In this document: positions 36,284 to 46,495 of the stretch, in pieces | How positions within the stretch are numbered: the stretch's first letter is position 1 | Layout of the letters: each line of letters starts with the position of its first letter | NCBI GenBank assembly: GCA_027345195.1 | Contig: DAHWIJ010000015.1 | Location: 64,375-128,374, forward strand | Reading direction: 5' to 3' | DNA: 64,000 nt | From: Thermoplasmatales archaeon | Lineage (GTDB): Archaea; Thermoplasmatota; Thermoplasmata; Thermoplasmatales; GCA-001856825 | The notes under the pieces: generated by a model | Databases searched by the model: none | What the model saw: the letters and a program-made list of their open reading frames with translations, nothing else | What the model was told of the DNA's origin: nothing | Translations under genes and position numbers: made by a program

Positions 36284-37660
36284 CTACTTGTTCAGCATGT
36301 TTTCCGTACTGAATATCCTTGATATCTGCTCCTCCGTCAGCAGCTTTCTCTCCCTCAGGACCTGCAGGAATGGAACGTTCCTCTCTCTGGCTTCCTTGAC
36401 AATCTCTGCTGTCCTCTCATATCCTATTACAGGATTCAGCAACAACGCCGTGCCTGGAGAATTTACAAGCACCTCGTACGCTCGGTCCTTATTTACCTTC
36501 AAGCCCTTCAGGGCCTTCTCTTCCAAAATTTCCATAGAGACTGTGAGAACGTCGAAAGCCTCCATCAGAGCTGTGTAAATTATTGGGGTGAATACGTTTA
36601 TCTCCATCTCCCCCTGGGATGATGCATCATTCACCGTATAAGCCAACCCGCGGGCATAGAGTGCGCTCATCGTGACAGCCTCCAGAATGCTGGGGTTGAC
36701 CTTGCCGGGCATGATGGAGGAGCCGGGCTGAACTGCGGGGAGAACTATTTCGTTGAATCCAGCAACTGGCCCGGAATTCATAAGTCTCAAATCCCTTGAT
36801 ATTTTGATGATTGATGCTGAAAGATTGCCTATCCATGAAGCCAGCAGGTTGAAGTCCGAGGTGAACTGCATAACTGTCATCAGGTTCTCTGCAGGGACAA
36901 AATTCTCTTTGTAGAATTCATTTATGTTCTTGTAAACCAGTTCTTTCACGTCGGACGGAAGATTAGCACCTGTTCCCACTGCCGTCCCACCAAGATTGAG
37001 CCTTCTGAGTCGAGTAAGGATGTAATCCTTCTCAACAAGGAACGACCTAAGTTCGTCTGCGTATGCCTTGAATTCACCACCGAAGGTGACCGCAGATGCA
37101 TCCTGAAGATGGGTTCTCCCGGTTTTGATGTTGTTTGAATTCTCCGCCGCCAGAGCATCTAGTCTCTTTATAACCTTCTCAAGATTCACCGAAAAGGACT
37201 TGAGGGTAAAATAGGCTGTGATTCTTATGGCTGCAGGGATGGTATCGTTCGTCGATTGACCGACGTTTACCTGGTTGTGAGGACTTATTATCTCGTGGCT
37301 CCCCAACGGTTCCCCCATCAATTGAAGAGCTCGATTGGCAATGACCTCGTTCACATTCATGTTCGTGGATGTGCCTGCACCGGCCTGAATGTATTTCAGG
37401 GGGAAATCCAATTCATTCTTGTGCTTCAGCAGGTCGTCTGCCGCCCTTATTATCACATCTCCGATTTCATCCTTGATCTTTCCCTTGGAAGTGAATGCCT
37501 TCACATACGACCTCTTGATCACTATGAGCGTATCGATTATTCTCCTATCCATGTATCTGTAGTAAGGAAAATTTGAGACAGCCCTCACGGTCTCTGGCCC
37601 GTAGAGTCTTCCGTCAGGAATCTCTACCTCACCTAGCGAATCCCTCTCTTTCCTGACCAT
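36284..37660 (-). CDS. Fumarase/aspartase-family lyase, closest to aspartate ammonia-lyase
   Basis: Signature QPGSSIMPGKVNP, NMNVNEVIANRALQLMGE and TGRTHLQDA. The QPG context and N-terminus look more aspartase-like than FumC-like. Confidence 0.85.
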   Translation of the reverse strand: MVRKERDSLGEVEIPDGRLYGPETVRAVSNFPYYRYMDRRIIDTLIVIKRSYVKAFTSKGKIKDEIGDVIIRAADDLLKHKNELDFPLKYIQAGAGTSTNMNVNEVIANRALQLMGEPLGSHEIISPHNQVNVGQSTNDTIPAAIRITAYFTLKSFSVNLEKVIKRLDALAAENSNNIKTGRTHLQDASAVTFGGEFKAYADELRSFLVEKDYILTRLRRLNLGGTAVGTGANLPSDVKELVYKNINEFYKENFVPAENLMTVMQFTSDFNLLASWIGNLSASIIKISRDLRLMNSGPVAGFNEIVLPAVQPGSSIMPGKVNPSILEAVTMSALYARGLAYTVNDASSQGEMEINVFTPIIYTALMEAFDVLTVSMEILEEKALKGLKVNKDRAYEVLVNSPGTALLLNPVIGYERTAEIVKEARERNVPFLQVLRERKLLTEEQISRIFSTENMLNK

Positions 37661-37739
37661 GTTTCTGTATTATCTATGAATATTTAAAATGCCTACCGTC
37701 CCCCTTTGGACTAGAAAATCTCTTTCAGCAATTGAGCCC

Positions 37740-38252
37740 TTAACTCTTGGCGAGCATTCTTGATGCAACGAGTTCAAGTTCCGTTCTTGTGGCCCTATGG
37801 GAACGTGAAAACCACCATTTTTGAAACTGTGTATCGTCCCCTGAAAATCTAGGGAGGACGTGCACATGAAAGTGGTATATCGTCTGACCCGCTGGTGTAC
37901 CGGTAGAATGCATAATGTTTATGCCCTCGGCCTCTAGGTTCTTCCTCATCATTCCACTGATCAGCTGGGCAACCCTCATAACTTCAGATAGGGAATCAGG
38001 AGGAACATCTGAAATGTCCTTATAGTGAGTGTTTGGGATTACGAGCGTGTGCCCCTCGAAGAGGGGATGAATGTCAAGGAAGGCAGATACTTTTTCATCC
38101 CTGTAGATGAAGGTAGCATCCTCTTCTCCCCTCAGTATCCTGCAGAAGATGCAGCTGTTTGAATAATTCTCCACGTCACTCAACAGCAGTTCATTTTTGC
38201 GGCATTTATAGTCTTTTTGATTCCTCAATCCAACTACGTTTTCATGTACCAT
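37740..38252 (-). CDS. HIT-family nucleotide hydrolase/transferase
   Basis: Histidine triad HFHVHVLPR and an N-terminal CIFCRI. Confidence 0.85.
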   Translation of the reverse strand: MVHENVVGLRNQKDYKCRKNELLLSDVENYSNSCIFCRILRGEEDATFIYRDEKVSAFLDIHPLFEGHTLVIPNTHYKDISDVPPDSLSEVMRVAQLISGMMRKNLEAEGINIMHSTGTPAGQTIYHFHVHVLPRFSGDDTQFQKWWFSRSHRATRTELELVASRMLAKS

Positions 38253-38332
38253 ATAGATTTAACGAGGAAAAGATTAGAGATTTACTGCGTCTGTGACAAC
38301 ATGTTTTTATCCGCACTTCCAATCAATCACCC

Positions 38333-38710
38333 ATGGGCCACCAGGACGCATATTCCAAGCTAACTGAAGAGGAGGAGAGGGTCATACTGTTTGGTGGGAC
38401 CGAGATGCCATTCACCGGTGAATATTACAACAATTTCAGGAAAGGGACGTACGTATGCAAGAGGTGCGGAACGCCCCTTTACAGGTCTTCCGACAAGTTT
38501 GAATCAGAATGTGGCTGGCCAAGTTTTGACGATGAGATAGAGGGCGCGATAAGGAAACTGAAAGACAGGGATGGAAGAAGAACAGAGATAAGGTGTAGCC
38601 ACTGCGATGCACATCTTGGCCATGTATTCTATGGGGAGAGGTTTACGCCGAAGAACATCAGACACTGCGTTAATTCAATTTCCTTGAGGTTCATCCCAGA
38701 TGGTGAGTGA
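38333..38710 (+). CDS. msrB: Methionine-R-sulfoxide reductase MsrB
   Basis: [14 protein letters not shown] and [13 protein letters not shown]. Confidence 0.93.
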   Translation: MGHQDAYSKLTEEEERVILFGGTEMPFTGEYYNNFRKGTYVCKRCGTPLYRSSDKFESECGWPSFDDEIEGAIRKLKDRDGRRTEIRCSHCDAHLGHVFYGERFTPKNIRHCVNSISLRFIPDGE

Positions 38711-39245
38711 TGGAATGATCAAGTCTATCTATCTTGGCAGCGGGTGCTTCTGGTGCAGTGAGGCCGTATTCTCGATGATGGAAGGTGTTGTATCCACGCA
38801 ACCGGGATACTCTGGCGGAACAACACCAAACCCAACGTATGAAATGGTCTGTTCTGGAACAACTGGACATGCAGAGGTCACGAAGGTGGATTTTGATCCT
38901 GAGGTCATTTCTCTAGATGAACTGCTGGACGTATTCTTCCACATACACGACCCCACTTCTGTGAACAGGCAGGGCGAAGATGTGGGAGAACAGTATCGCT
39001 CAATAATCATATATGACGACCCACGAGACCTAGAAAGGATAAACGAAGCGATCGTCAGGGCGCAGAAAGAGCATTCTCGGAAAATCGTCACTGCAGTTGA
39101 ATCATTAAGGGCATTCTATCCAGCTGAATCATACCACAAGGACTATTTTAAGAAGAACCCGAATGCCGGTTACTGCAGAGCAGTCATCAGGCCAAAGGTA
39201 GAGAAGGTAAAACACTCATACAGCCTCCTTCTGGCGAAGCACTGA
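38700..39245 (+). CDS. msrA: Methionine-S-sulfoxide reductase MsrA
   Basis: GSGCFWC active site, GHAEV and the YHKDYF-type C-terminus. An alternative start is at 38715. Confidence 0.93.
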   Translation: MVSDGMIKSIYLGSGCFWCSEAVFSMMEGVVSTQPGYSGGTTPNPTYEMVCSGTTGHAEVTKVDFDPEVISLDELLDVFFHIHDPTSVNRQGEDVGEQYRSIIIYDDPRDLERINEAIVRAQKEHSRKIVTAVESLRAFYPAESYHKDYFKKNPNAGYCRAVIRPKVEKVKHSYSLLLAKH

Positions 39246-39286
39246 TACCTTTCTCTCAGCCATCTGAACCGAGGAGGTCGAGGCAA

Positions 39287-40300
39287 TCATTGTGGGAGGG
39301 GTTTGACCGTTTTACCGATCTTTCTGAGTATGCTCCTCTCGAAAATGACTTTCATATAAAGGGCGTCGTGTTCAAGAAGTGGGGAGAAGGAGATGAGGGT
39401 GAATTCGTCTTCAAAATCAGCGAGCGCATCCGCGAAAGGTTCAAATTTCAGGTTCCCTTTCTTGATCGGCGTTATCCTGTATTCACCCTGATCGATGAAT
39501 TCGACGCCGGAGAACTCAAAATATAGAGGCCTCTTCTTTTTCTTCACCTCCTGTATTATTTCGGTGAATTCTTCCTGCTCCGTGGGATAATTCTTTCTGG
39601 AAGAGTAGATATGAGATATGTTTGTGATTGCTGTTATCCCCTTCACGTTCGAAAGGAGATAATCTACCTCCTCCGGACTACCTATCACCTCTTCCTTGCC
39701 TGAATTTTCTATGCACAGTTTCGGCTTCAGTTTCAGTGAGTTCATTTTCTCGTAAATTTGCTTCAGGGATGATGCAGTCTTCGCGAGGCTCTTCTTCCTG
39801 TTGGATCCGCCAAGACCAAGATGCGTTATAAGATACTCTGAATCGAGCGAATCCGCAATAACACCGCCCCAGATAGTGTGCTGAATTGAATCCAAGATCA
39901 TCCTTTCGTCGTTAGAGAAATCCACGTAATAGGGTGTATGGAGGGAGATTTTGACATCCAGTTCCTTTGCTATGTCCCTGGCCAGGCTTAGCTCCTTGTA
40001 ATCTCTGGCCATGCTCCAGAAGAGCTCGGTACCTATGTCATCCTCTTCGATTTCCGTATTGAGACCAACTGACTTGTACTTCCCGTCCTCGTCACTTCTC
40101 AACAAATCGACAAGAAGCATGTCGTCGAGGTCTTTTGGTTTCATGCCCACAAAATCCCTCATCTCACGCTCCTGAGTGCTCACCCTGAATAGCTGAATTT
40201 CGAGATAGTTCAACCCAAGCTGAAACGTGTTTTCAACAGCATCCTTGACGGTCCTGCCTTTAGATCCAAGAGGAATACCAGCGATACCGAACCTATACAT
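39287..40300 (-). CDS. TIM-barrel protein of the xylose-isomerase-like/AP endonuclease family 2 (endonuclease IV-like) with an acidic insert
   Basis: N-terminal FGIAGIP...GLNYLEIQ, with spaced metal-ligand-like LHTPY, ITHLG, CIENSG and ISHIY. Confidence 0.5.
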   Translation of the reverse strand: MYRFGIAGIPLGSKGRTVKDAVENTFQLGLNYLEIQLFRVSTQEREMRDFVGMKPKDLDDMLLVDLLRSDEDGKYKSVGLNTEIEEDDIGTELFWSMARDYKELSLARDIAKELDVKISLHTPYYVDFSNDERMILDSIQHTIWGGVIADSLDSEYLITHLGLGGSNRKKSLAKTASSLKQIYEKMNSLKLKPKLCIENSGKEEVIGSPEEVDYLLSNVKGITAITNISHIYSSRKNYPTEQEEFTEIIQEVKKKKRPLYFEFSGVEFIDQGEYRITPIKKGNLKFEPFADALADFEDEFTLISFSPLLEHDALYMKVIFERSILRKIGKTVKPLPQ

Positions 40301-40428
40301 TCGCTTATCCTTATAAAAGGGAGGTAATAAAACCTTGTGAATAAATCGAGGATTTTTGATGCATGAGGGTCTCCCGCTACACCCTGGGTTAGTTTTTTCT
40401 ATAATTCAGAATCAACAGGAAAGAAACC

Positions 40429-40869
40429 TCAGTCAAGACGGAGTTCAGACCTGACGTCCTTTGCAATCCGGCCCAAGTCTGAATCTTCCACAACAACCCT
40501 CTTCAACGCCGCCTCCTCAAGCACCTTCACGTACTCAGAATCGTACCTTGGGATGACGTGGATGTGAAAGTGAAAGACCGTCTGGCCAGCGTGAAGGCCA
40601 TTGTTCTGGATCAGGTTGATTCCGTAGGGTTTATACAGATTGTCAAGCGCTACGGAAATGAGTTTGGCAACACGGAATGCCTCGCAGAGTGATGCATCGT
40701 CAATATCATACAAGTTTTCAAAATGTTTCTTCGAAATCACTAGAGAGTGCCCTTTGGAAACAGGGCGGTGATCAAGGAAAGCGACTGCAAGATCACTCTC
40801 ATAGATTATCTGAGCTTTGGTTGAACGGCTTGCTATTGCGCAGAATTGACAGCTCATCAATTCACACAA
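40429..40869 (-). CDS. HIT-family protein (second paralog)
   Basis: Histidine triad HFHIHVIPR and an N-terminal CQFCAI. Confidence 0.85.
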   Translation of the reverse strand: MCELMSCQFCAIASRSTKAQIIYESDLAVAFLDHRPVSKGHSLVISKKHFENLYDIDDASLCEAFRVAKLISVALDNLYKPYGINLIQNNGLHAGQTVFHFHIHVIPRYDSEYVKVLEEAALKRVVVEDSDLGRIAKDVRSELRLD

Positions 40870-40926
40870 ATCCTCCCTCAGATATAATTCTTTGACTGTC
40901 CTGGACGAATTTCATCCCCCGCTGGT

Positions 40927-42087
40927 TCATTCAGGTACAGGTCTTGCAAGAAACAGAATGGGAACAAGTGCTATCCCTATCAGACCTAAAATAAGCCAGC
41001 CGTAATCCGGACCTAGCCTGTCGGTCAGGAGCGTGAATATAAACGGTGAAACAGATCCCACCGCTATACCTATGAAATTTACGAATGATAGGGCAAAGGG
41101 AACCATCGACCTATCACTCACATAATGCATTGACAGAACGTATAGAGCCGAGAAACCTGACTGGACGGTGAATCCTCCCACGCCGGCTACCAGGACCAGA
41201 ATGGCCACGTTGACTGAATGAGGGATGAGTATGAACGCAATGCTGCTTACTACCAGTGTTGCGTAGGTGAACGGTCTCCTGATCCGTGACTTCGAAAGGA
41301 GATACCCGCCGACAAACCCTCCAAGAAAACCTATAGTCAGGAACACGCCATCCACGAGTCCGGAATAGAAAGATCCAACCCTCAGGTAGTTCTCTCCGAA
41401 ATAAACGAGGAACTGCCCCCCTATCGTCTCCACAAAAGTCGCCGCCAGCGTTCCGATCGCCAGGAACCACAGGAATTTGTTTCTGACTATAGTGAACATC
41501 TTTCTGTTGAACCCCTCTGATTCTGCCTTGTGCTCTACCATCCCCCTTAACGCGACGAAATTTTCTGTTGCCGCAGCCAGCATGAGGACCCCTCCAATGG
41601 CAAGTCCGAGACGCCAGCCCACGGCCTTATCAACGAAAACCCAGCCAAATGCACCTGCTCCAGCACCAAGCCCGAATACACCGTTGTATATCCCCACCTG
41701 CTGTGGGTAAGCGCCTGGGGGGGAAATGTCTCTGAGTATCGAGAGACCCGGGGAGAAAAAGAACGCGGAACCCCATCCTGCCAGGAATCTTGAAAGTGAA
41801 AGTTCAATGAGGTTGTTTGATAGACCTGATAATACGGCTCCTATCCCGAGGAGTAGGAGACCGACGAAGGCCACCTTCCTCGAACCTATTCTGGATGCGA
41901 TTGCTCCTCCGATTAACTGGAATGGTGCAAGACCTACGTAGAAGAACGTAGTAATTATCCCCAATTGGACTATCTTCAGGTTCAGGTCACTGGCAATGTA
42001 AGTCAGGCCGGGTGCAATGTCAAACCAGTTCAGGGCATAGATTGCACGAGCAATGTTTATGGATGTCGCCTTGAAAAGATACCCCAA
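40927..42087 (-). CDS. MFS transporter
   Basis: 386 aa with about 12 TM helices and a typical MFS loop motif (IASRIGSRK). Confidence 0.85.
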   Translation of the reverse strand: MGYLFKATSINIARAIYALNWFDIAPGLTYIASDLNLKIVQLGIITTFFYVGLAPFQLIGGAIASRIGSRKVAFVGLLLLGIGAVLSGLSNNLIELSLSRFLAGWGSAFFFSPGLSILRDISPPGAYPQQVGIYNGVFGLGAGAGAFGWVFVDKAVGWRLGLAIGGVLMLAAATENFVALRGMVEHKAESEGFNRKMFTIVRNKFLWFLAIGTLAATFVETIGGQFLVYFGENYLRVGSFYSGLVDGVFLTIGFLGGFVGGYLLSKSRIRRPFTYATLVVSSIAFILIPHSVNVAILVLVAGVGGFTVQSGFSALYVLSMHYVSDRSMVPFALSFVNFIGIAVGSVSPFIFTLLTDRLGPDYGWLILGLIGIALVPILFLARPVPE

Positions 42088-42208
42088 AATGCTACCCCCT
42101 CTTTCCGTCCCCTTGTATCAGATGCCTGCATTTTGCTCTACCAGCAGAGGACCTGACTTGCTTTGAAATGAAAATCAAATGCACGTCTATGAATTCCTCT
42201 TAGAATAT

Positions 42209-42226
42209 GAGGATTATCGAATCCTC
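42209..42226. promoter_or_regulatory. Candidate operator: 7-4-7 inverted repeat GAGGATT-ATCG-AATCCTC
   Basis: Perfect 7-bp arms in the 222-nt divergent spacer between the MFS gene and rubrerythrin, about 85 nt upstream of the rubrerythrin ATG. Confidence 0.35.
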
Positions 42227-42309
42227 GATATCAATTCCTGAATAAACAACCTGGTCTTCCGGAATTCCATACCCCTAAATAACCCGATTGCAATATCGAC
42301 CTGATCTAT

Positions 42310-42813
42310 ATGAGAGCATCCACTAAGAAGAACCTGGATGAGGCCTTTGCAGGCGAAAGCAAGGCAGCCATGAAGTATTCGATCTACTCAGAAGTTGCTG
42401 AGAAGGAGGGGTTCCCAAACATGTCAAGACTCTTCAAGGCCATTTCTTACGCTGAAACTGTCCATGCAACGAACCACTACAGAAACTTGGGAATGATAAA
42501 GGGGACATCAGTAAACATTGAGGATGCGATCGAGGGCGAGCATTACGAAGTTACGGAGATGTACCCTGTATTCAACGCAGTCGCAAAATTCCAGAACGAA
42601 AAAGGGGCTGAGATGTCAACACACTATGCACTCGAGGCAGAAAAAATGCACGAGTCCCTCTACCGAGACGCCCTCGAAAACATCAGGGAAAGGAAGGATG
42701 TGGAGATAGGCGATGTCTTTATCTGCCCAGTTTGCGGATATACTGTGACGGGCAAACCACCGGAAAAATGCCCGGTGTGCGGAACCTCAGGAACAAAGTT
42801 CAAAAAATTCTGA
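42310..42813 (+). CDS. rbr: Rubrerythrin
   Basis: Di-iron ExxH motifs (ETVHA, EGEHYE, EKMHE) and a C-terminal rubredoxin-like CPVCGY...CPVCG. Confidence 0.93.
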   Translation: MRASTKKNLDEAFAGESKAAMKYSIYSEVAEKEGFPNMSRLFKAISYAETVHATNHYRNLGMIKGTSVNIEDAIEGEHYEVTEMYPVFNAVAKFQNEKGAEMSTHYALEAEKMHESLYRDALENIRERKDVEIGDVFICPVCGYTVTGKPPEKCPVCGTSGTKFKKF

Positions 42814-43026
42814 CTACCTGCCACCCTCTTCCTTCATCCTCTCATCCTCCAAGAATAGCTCGCCTATCAGGTCTCTGACCTTCCAGTCGAGTGTGACGCT
42901 AGTGGTAACTGCAACTATCGTGTTATCCGCAAGACCTACTGACCTTAGGGAAGCAATCAGCTTTCTGTATTCAGCACTGTCAAAGTTGTGAAGAATTACA
43001 ACCTTCTTGGATGTCTGGGGTGTCAT
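42814..43026 (-). CDS. Small hypothetical protein
   Basis: A 70-aa ORF that fills the gap. It weakly resembles DUF3783-type small proteins. Confidence 0.4.
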   Translation of the reverse strand: MTPQTSKKVVILHNFDSAEYRKLIASLRSVGLADNTIVAVTTSVTLDWKVRDLIGELFLEDERMKEEGGR

Positions 43027-43153
43027 ATGCCCTCAAATCACGTTTGAGATATTAGAGCATTGTTTTAATTCCACTAGGTCCTGAACTACGTGCTTGAACA
43101 GCAAAGGAAGTTAGCAGAAGAGCAGTTTTTAAGGGTGAACTACATTTTACCTC

Positions 43154-43804
43154 ATGGAAAGGATAAGCAAGAGGGTATCAGAATACCTCTCGGCGAACCC
43201 CTGTGCGATGGACTCACTCCAGTCGGGAATAGTCAACTATTCTTCACTAGCAAGATACCTCATGAAGCAACTCAAGACGCAGAACTTCAATGCGGTCCTT
43301 GCAGCTATTAAAAGATACCCTGAGAGGAACCCTTCGTTGGAATCTGCCTACAGGTCTGCGCTCTCAGAATCAAGAATAGAAGCTTATTATTCCATCACGA
43401 ACCTTACGGTAAGGAATTCGGTGGAGAATTTTGTGAAGGTTTCGAACATATATTCCGCAATATATGGTTCCGGAGGGAAGATAAGGGTGGTACAGGGGAG
43501 CCAGGGGATAGTCATGGTGATTGATAAAAAGAACACCCCTGAAGTGAGGAAAAGATTCCCACCGGAGGAAATTCTCTCTTTCAGGGAGAATCTTGCTGAG
43601 CTCGTGATAATTTCCCCCCTCATAATAGAGAAACTTAGAGGCTATGTTGCCTACATCTCTACCATCCTGGCAATAAACGGTATAAACGTATATCAAGTAG
43701 CTTCGTTCTACAACGACGTCACCTACATAATGGATGAGGATTTCATGGATTCTGCGGTGAGGGTGATGACCAAACTGACTTCAGGGAAAAAGCTTAATCC
43801 ATAA
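43154..43804 (+). CDS. Conserved hypothetical protein with an ACT-like C-terminal domain
   Basis: 216 aa. The C-terminal GYVAYISTILAINGINVYQVASFYNDVTYIM resembles an ACT ligand-binding fold. Confidence 0.4.
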   Translation: MERISKRVSEYLSANPCAMDSLQSGIVNYSSLARYLMKQLKTQNFNAVLAAIKRYPERNPSLESAYRSALSESRIEAYYSITNLTVRNSVENFVKVSNIYSAIYGSGGKIRVVQGSQGIVMVIDKKNTPEVRKRFPPEEILSFRENLAELVIISPLIIEKLRGYVAYISTILAINGINVYQVASFYNDVTYIMDEDFMDSAVRVMTKLTSGKKLNP

Positions 43805-44258
43805 CCTCGAACACAAGCCTCTTCCTGCCTGCCATCGCTACTATCTCGAATTTTGGGCGCTCGGTTATTGCCATTACCCTGTACCTCCTATTCAAGACCC
43901 TCCCGACGACGCAGTATTTGGTCGGACCCTTTTCCAAAACATCTAAGGTAGCGAATCCTGTGACGGGGGCGAAAGGAGGGTAGGACAGGGCAAAGAAGAC
44001 TGCAGCCACTATGTTCGCGATAACGTAAGTGAAGTCATTCACAGGGACAAGCCTGTACGAGAATGGGCCGATGATCGCAGTAATAATTGATATGAGGTAA
44101 ACCATAACTCCAGGGCTGCTTCCTTCGGCATTTATTACCTTCTTGTTCCTGTAGAGAAAATTGGATCCGTTCAACCTGGACCTGATGACGAGCCCACGAA
44201 CGTAAAGGGAGACCGCTATGCCCACTAACAGGGATACGATGCCTGGGATCAAGTCCAT
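43794..44258 (-). CDS. Hypothetical membrane protein
   Basis: 154 aa with 3-4 hydrophobic helices. Confidence 0.5.
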   Translation of the reverse strand: MDLIPGIVSLLVGIAVSLYVRGLVIRSRLNGSNFLYRNKKVINAEGSSPGVMVYLISIITAIIGPFSYRLVPVNDFTYVIANIVAAVFFALSYPPFAPVTGFATLDVLEKGPTKYCVVGRVLNRRYRVMAITERPKFEIVAMAGRKRLVFEVMD

Positions 44259-45166
44259 GTGCCCAACTCCATCTCAAAGGAACAGCTCTGGCACATGTCT
44301 CCTGGCGTTGGTGAACCGCACACCCTGCACTTTCCCATCTTCACATTCTCCTCTCCTGCAGCCATGGACCTTATTTTTTCGAAGGAATTAAGTATAGCGT
44401 ACTTGGTCCCGGGAGTCCTTTCCTCCCATTTGTCTATCGAATCCCTGAATTCATTCCTAATGGCTTGACCTGCGTACGGGCAGGTTGCATGGGAGAATTC
44501 AATTCCCTGGAGAATCGCGTAAAGCAGAACTTCCTTCTCCGGTATCCTCAGAAGGGGCTGAAGTCTTGGAACCAACCCGGGTTTTGGAATTATATGCGGA
44601 CCCATCCTTCCTAGACGATCGATGTCACCACGGACAAGATTCATCATTATAGACTGCGCTGTGTCGTCAAGATTCAGTCCTGTCACGAGATAGTCGAGGC
44701 CTTCTTCAATCCCCGCCGTATTCAGCAGTTTCCTCCTGAAAACACCGCAATAGCTGCAGGGTTTCCTTTTCCCGTCTTCAGAGACCTTATCCATCGTAGT
44801 TCCGAAATTGTCCTCGATTCTCAGGATTTTGTGCTCTATACCGAGTCTCTTCGTCAACGACTCAGCAGCCTTAAGGGTCAGCTTCCTGTAAGAGCTGATC
44901 CCCTCATCTATTGTGACTGCAACAATGCTTACATCCCTTCTCTTCCCGAATACCCGGTGCGTTTCAAAGAGTGCTACTGAACTGTCCTTCCCGCCAGATA
45001 GTGCCACCCCAATTCTTATTGGATGTGAGATTTTTAGCTCATTTCTAAACTCTAGATTCACTCTCCTTTGAAAGAACTTTATGAAGTGTTCCTCGCACAG
45101 ATGGCTTCCATTATATTTCAGAAACGCTACGGGTTGATCGTTGCAAAATGAACAATGCATTGACAT
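44249..45166 (-). CDS. tRNA 2-thiolation PP-loop ATPase (TtuA/NcsA/Ctu1 family)
   Basis: PP-loop ALSGGKDSS, an N-terminal Zn finger CSFC...CEEH and a C-terminal CRVCG...CQSC. The start is chosen at MSMHCSFC (45166), which leaves a 41-nt AT-rich divergent promoter spacer. Confidence 0.85.
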   Translation of the reverse strand: MSMHCSFCNDQPVAFLKYNGSHLCEEHFIKFFQRRVNLEFRNELKISHPIRIGVALSGGKDSSVALFETHRVFGKRRDVSIVAVTIDEGISSYRKLTLKAAESLTKRLGIEHKILRIEDNFGTTMDKVSEDGKRKPCSYCGVFRRKLLNTAGIEEGLDYLVTGLNLDDTAQSIMMNLVRGDIDRLGRMGPHIIPKPGLVPRLQPLLRIPEKEVLLYAILQGIEFSHATCPYAGQAIRNEFRDSIDKWEERTPGTKYAILNSFEKIRSMAAGEENVKMGKCRVCGSPTPGDMCQSCSFEMELGTWT

Positions 45167-45207
45167 TGTAGTAAAAAAAGTTATAAAAGCCTTTATTATT
45201 ATTACCC

Positions 45208-45915
45208 ATGGAAGATTTTGAAAAGGAGCTTGCAGAGGTCTCGAAGTATTTCGAAAGCTTTGCAATGACGGACTACGAACTTCGTGGGTTCCTGGCGCTA
45301 ATACTTCTGGGTGCCAGCACGCCGGACACCATAGCGATGACTGCCAAAATACCTAGGACATCAACGTACAAGGTTCTGGAAAAGCTCGAGGAGAGGGGAT
45401 TCATCACCTCCCTAGAAGGGAGGCCTAAGGTTTTCAAGGCGAAGAATATATACGAAATCAGGAAAAATTTCTCGAAGAATTTCGACGTCCTTTTCGAGAA
45501 ACTGACGGACTTGAGTGAGCAGCTGACCCAGCAGGGGCTGCCACAGCTTATTTACACGATCTACGGCAGGGAAAGGGTGCTCGAGAAGATGAAGGAGGTG
45601 CTCAACTCTGCAGAGAGGTTCGCCTCTATTTCCACCCCTAAGCTCAGGGAGCTCAGAATCGAGCTGGGGAAGGAGATAGAATCTGCAATAACGAGGAATG
45701 TGACTGTTTCGATAGTTGTTCCTGACAACCAGCGGGTCCCCCAGGGAACTAGAGTCTTCCGGAACAACTCCCTTATAGCAACTGACATGGTCTCAGATGG
45801 AACCAGGGCGCTAATTGCGGCGCCAGACCTGTCGGCCTGCGGCTACACCGATAACCCCCTTCTGGCAGAGCACATAAACAGCTACATTGAGATGCTGATG
45901 AACAAGAAGACATAA
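45208..45915 (+). CDS. TrmB-family transcriptional regulator
   Basis: N-terminal winged helix YELRGFLALILLG..TPDTIAMTAKIPRTSTYKVLEKLEERGFI. Confidence 0.8.
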   Translation: MEDFEKELAEVSKYFESFAMTDYELRGFLALILLGASTPDTIAMTAKIPRTSTYKVLEKLEERGFITSLEGRPKVFKAKNIYEIRKNFSKNFDVLFEKLTDLSEQLTQQGLPQLIYTIYGRERVLEKMKEVLNSAERFASISTPKLRELRIELGKEIESAITRNVTVSIVVPDNQRVPQGTRVFRNNSLIATDMVSDGTRALIAAPDLSACGYTDNPLLAEHINSYIEMLMNKKT

Positions 45916-45928
45916 GGAGCTGCGGAAG

Positions 45929-46495
45929 TTGAAAGTATATGTGATAGATAACGGAGGGCAGTGGACTCACAGGGAGTGGCGGGTGCTGAGGGACCTCGAC
46001 GTTGAGTGCGAGATCAAGAGCAATGAATCCAGCGTTGATGAGATAGCAGACGCAGATGGGATTGTCCTTTCTGGGGGTGCTCCCTCTATAGCTTACGAGA
46101 GCTTCAAACTGGGCAACACCTCGCAGTTCCTCGCTGAACTTAAGATTCCAATTCTCGGCATATGCGTGGGGGCACAGTTCATGGGAATGTATTACGGCTC
46201 AGATGTCTCTCCCGCCAGGCATCCAGAATTCGGGAAGGTGGAAATAACCGTACTGGAGGAAGATTCGATCCTCAAGGGTGTCTCGAGAAAGTTCAGCGCT
46301 TGGGAGAATCACAACGACGAGATTATGGAAGTACCAAAGGGATTCACGTTGCTTGCCTCGTCCGAAACCTGTAAAATCCAGGCTATGGCCAACGTTGAAA
46401 AGATGAGGTACGCGCTCCAGTTTCACCCTGAAGTCGAGCACACGCAGTTCGGAAGACAGATATTCAGGAACTTTCTTGAACTATGTGTTCCCTGA
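45929..46495 (+). CDS. guaAA: GMP synthase, glutamine amidotransferase subunit A
   Basis: N-terminal VIDNGGQWTHREWRVLR, the nucleophile GICVGAQ and QFHPE. Confidence 0.93.
   Translation: MKVYVIDNGGQWTHREWRVLRDLDVECEIKSNESSVDEIADADGIVLSGGAPSIAYESFKLGNTSQFLAELKIPILGICVGAQFMGMYYGSDVSPARHPEFGKVEITVLEEDSILKGVSRKFSAWENHNDEIMEVPKGFTLLASSETCKIQAMANVEKMRYALQFHPEVEHTQFGRQIFRNFLELCVP

Noticed and set aside
35581-36578. Plus-strand ORFs (78, 63, 144, 82 and 119 aa) over rpoE' and the aspartase-family gene.
   Set aside because: They are shadow ORFs opposite well-supported genes.
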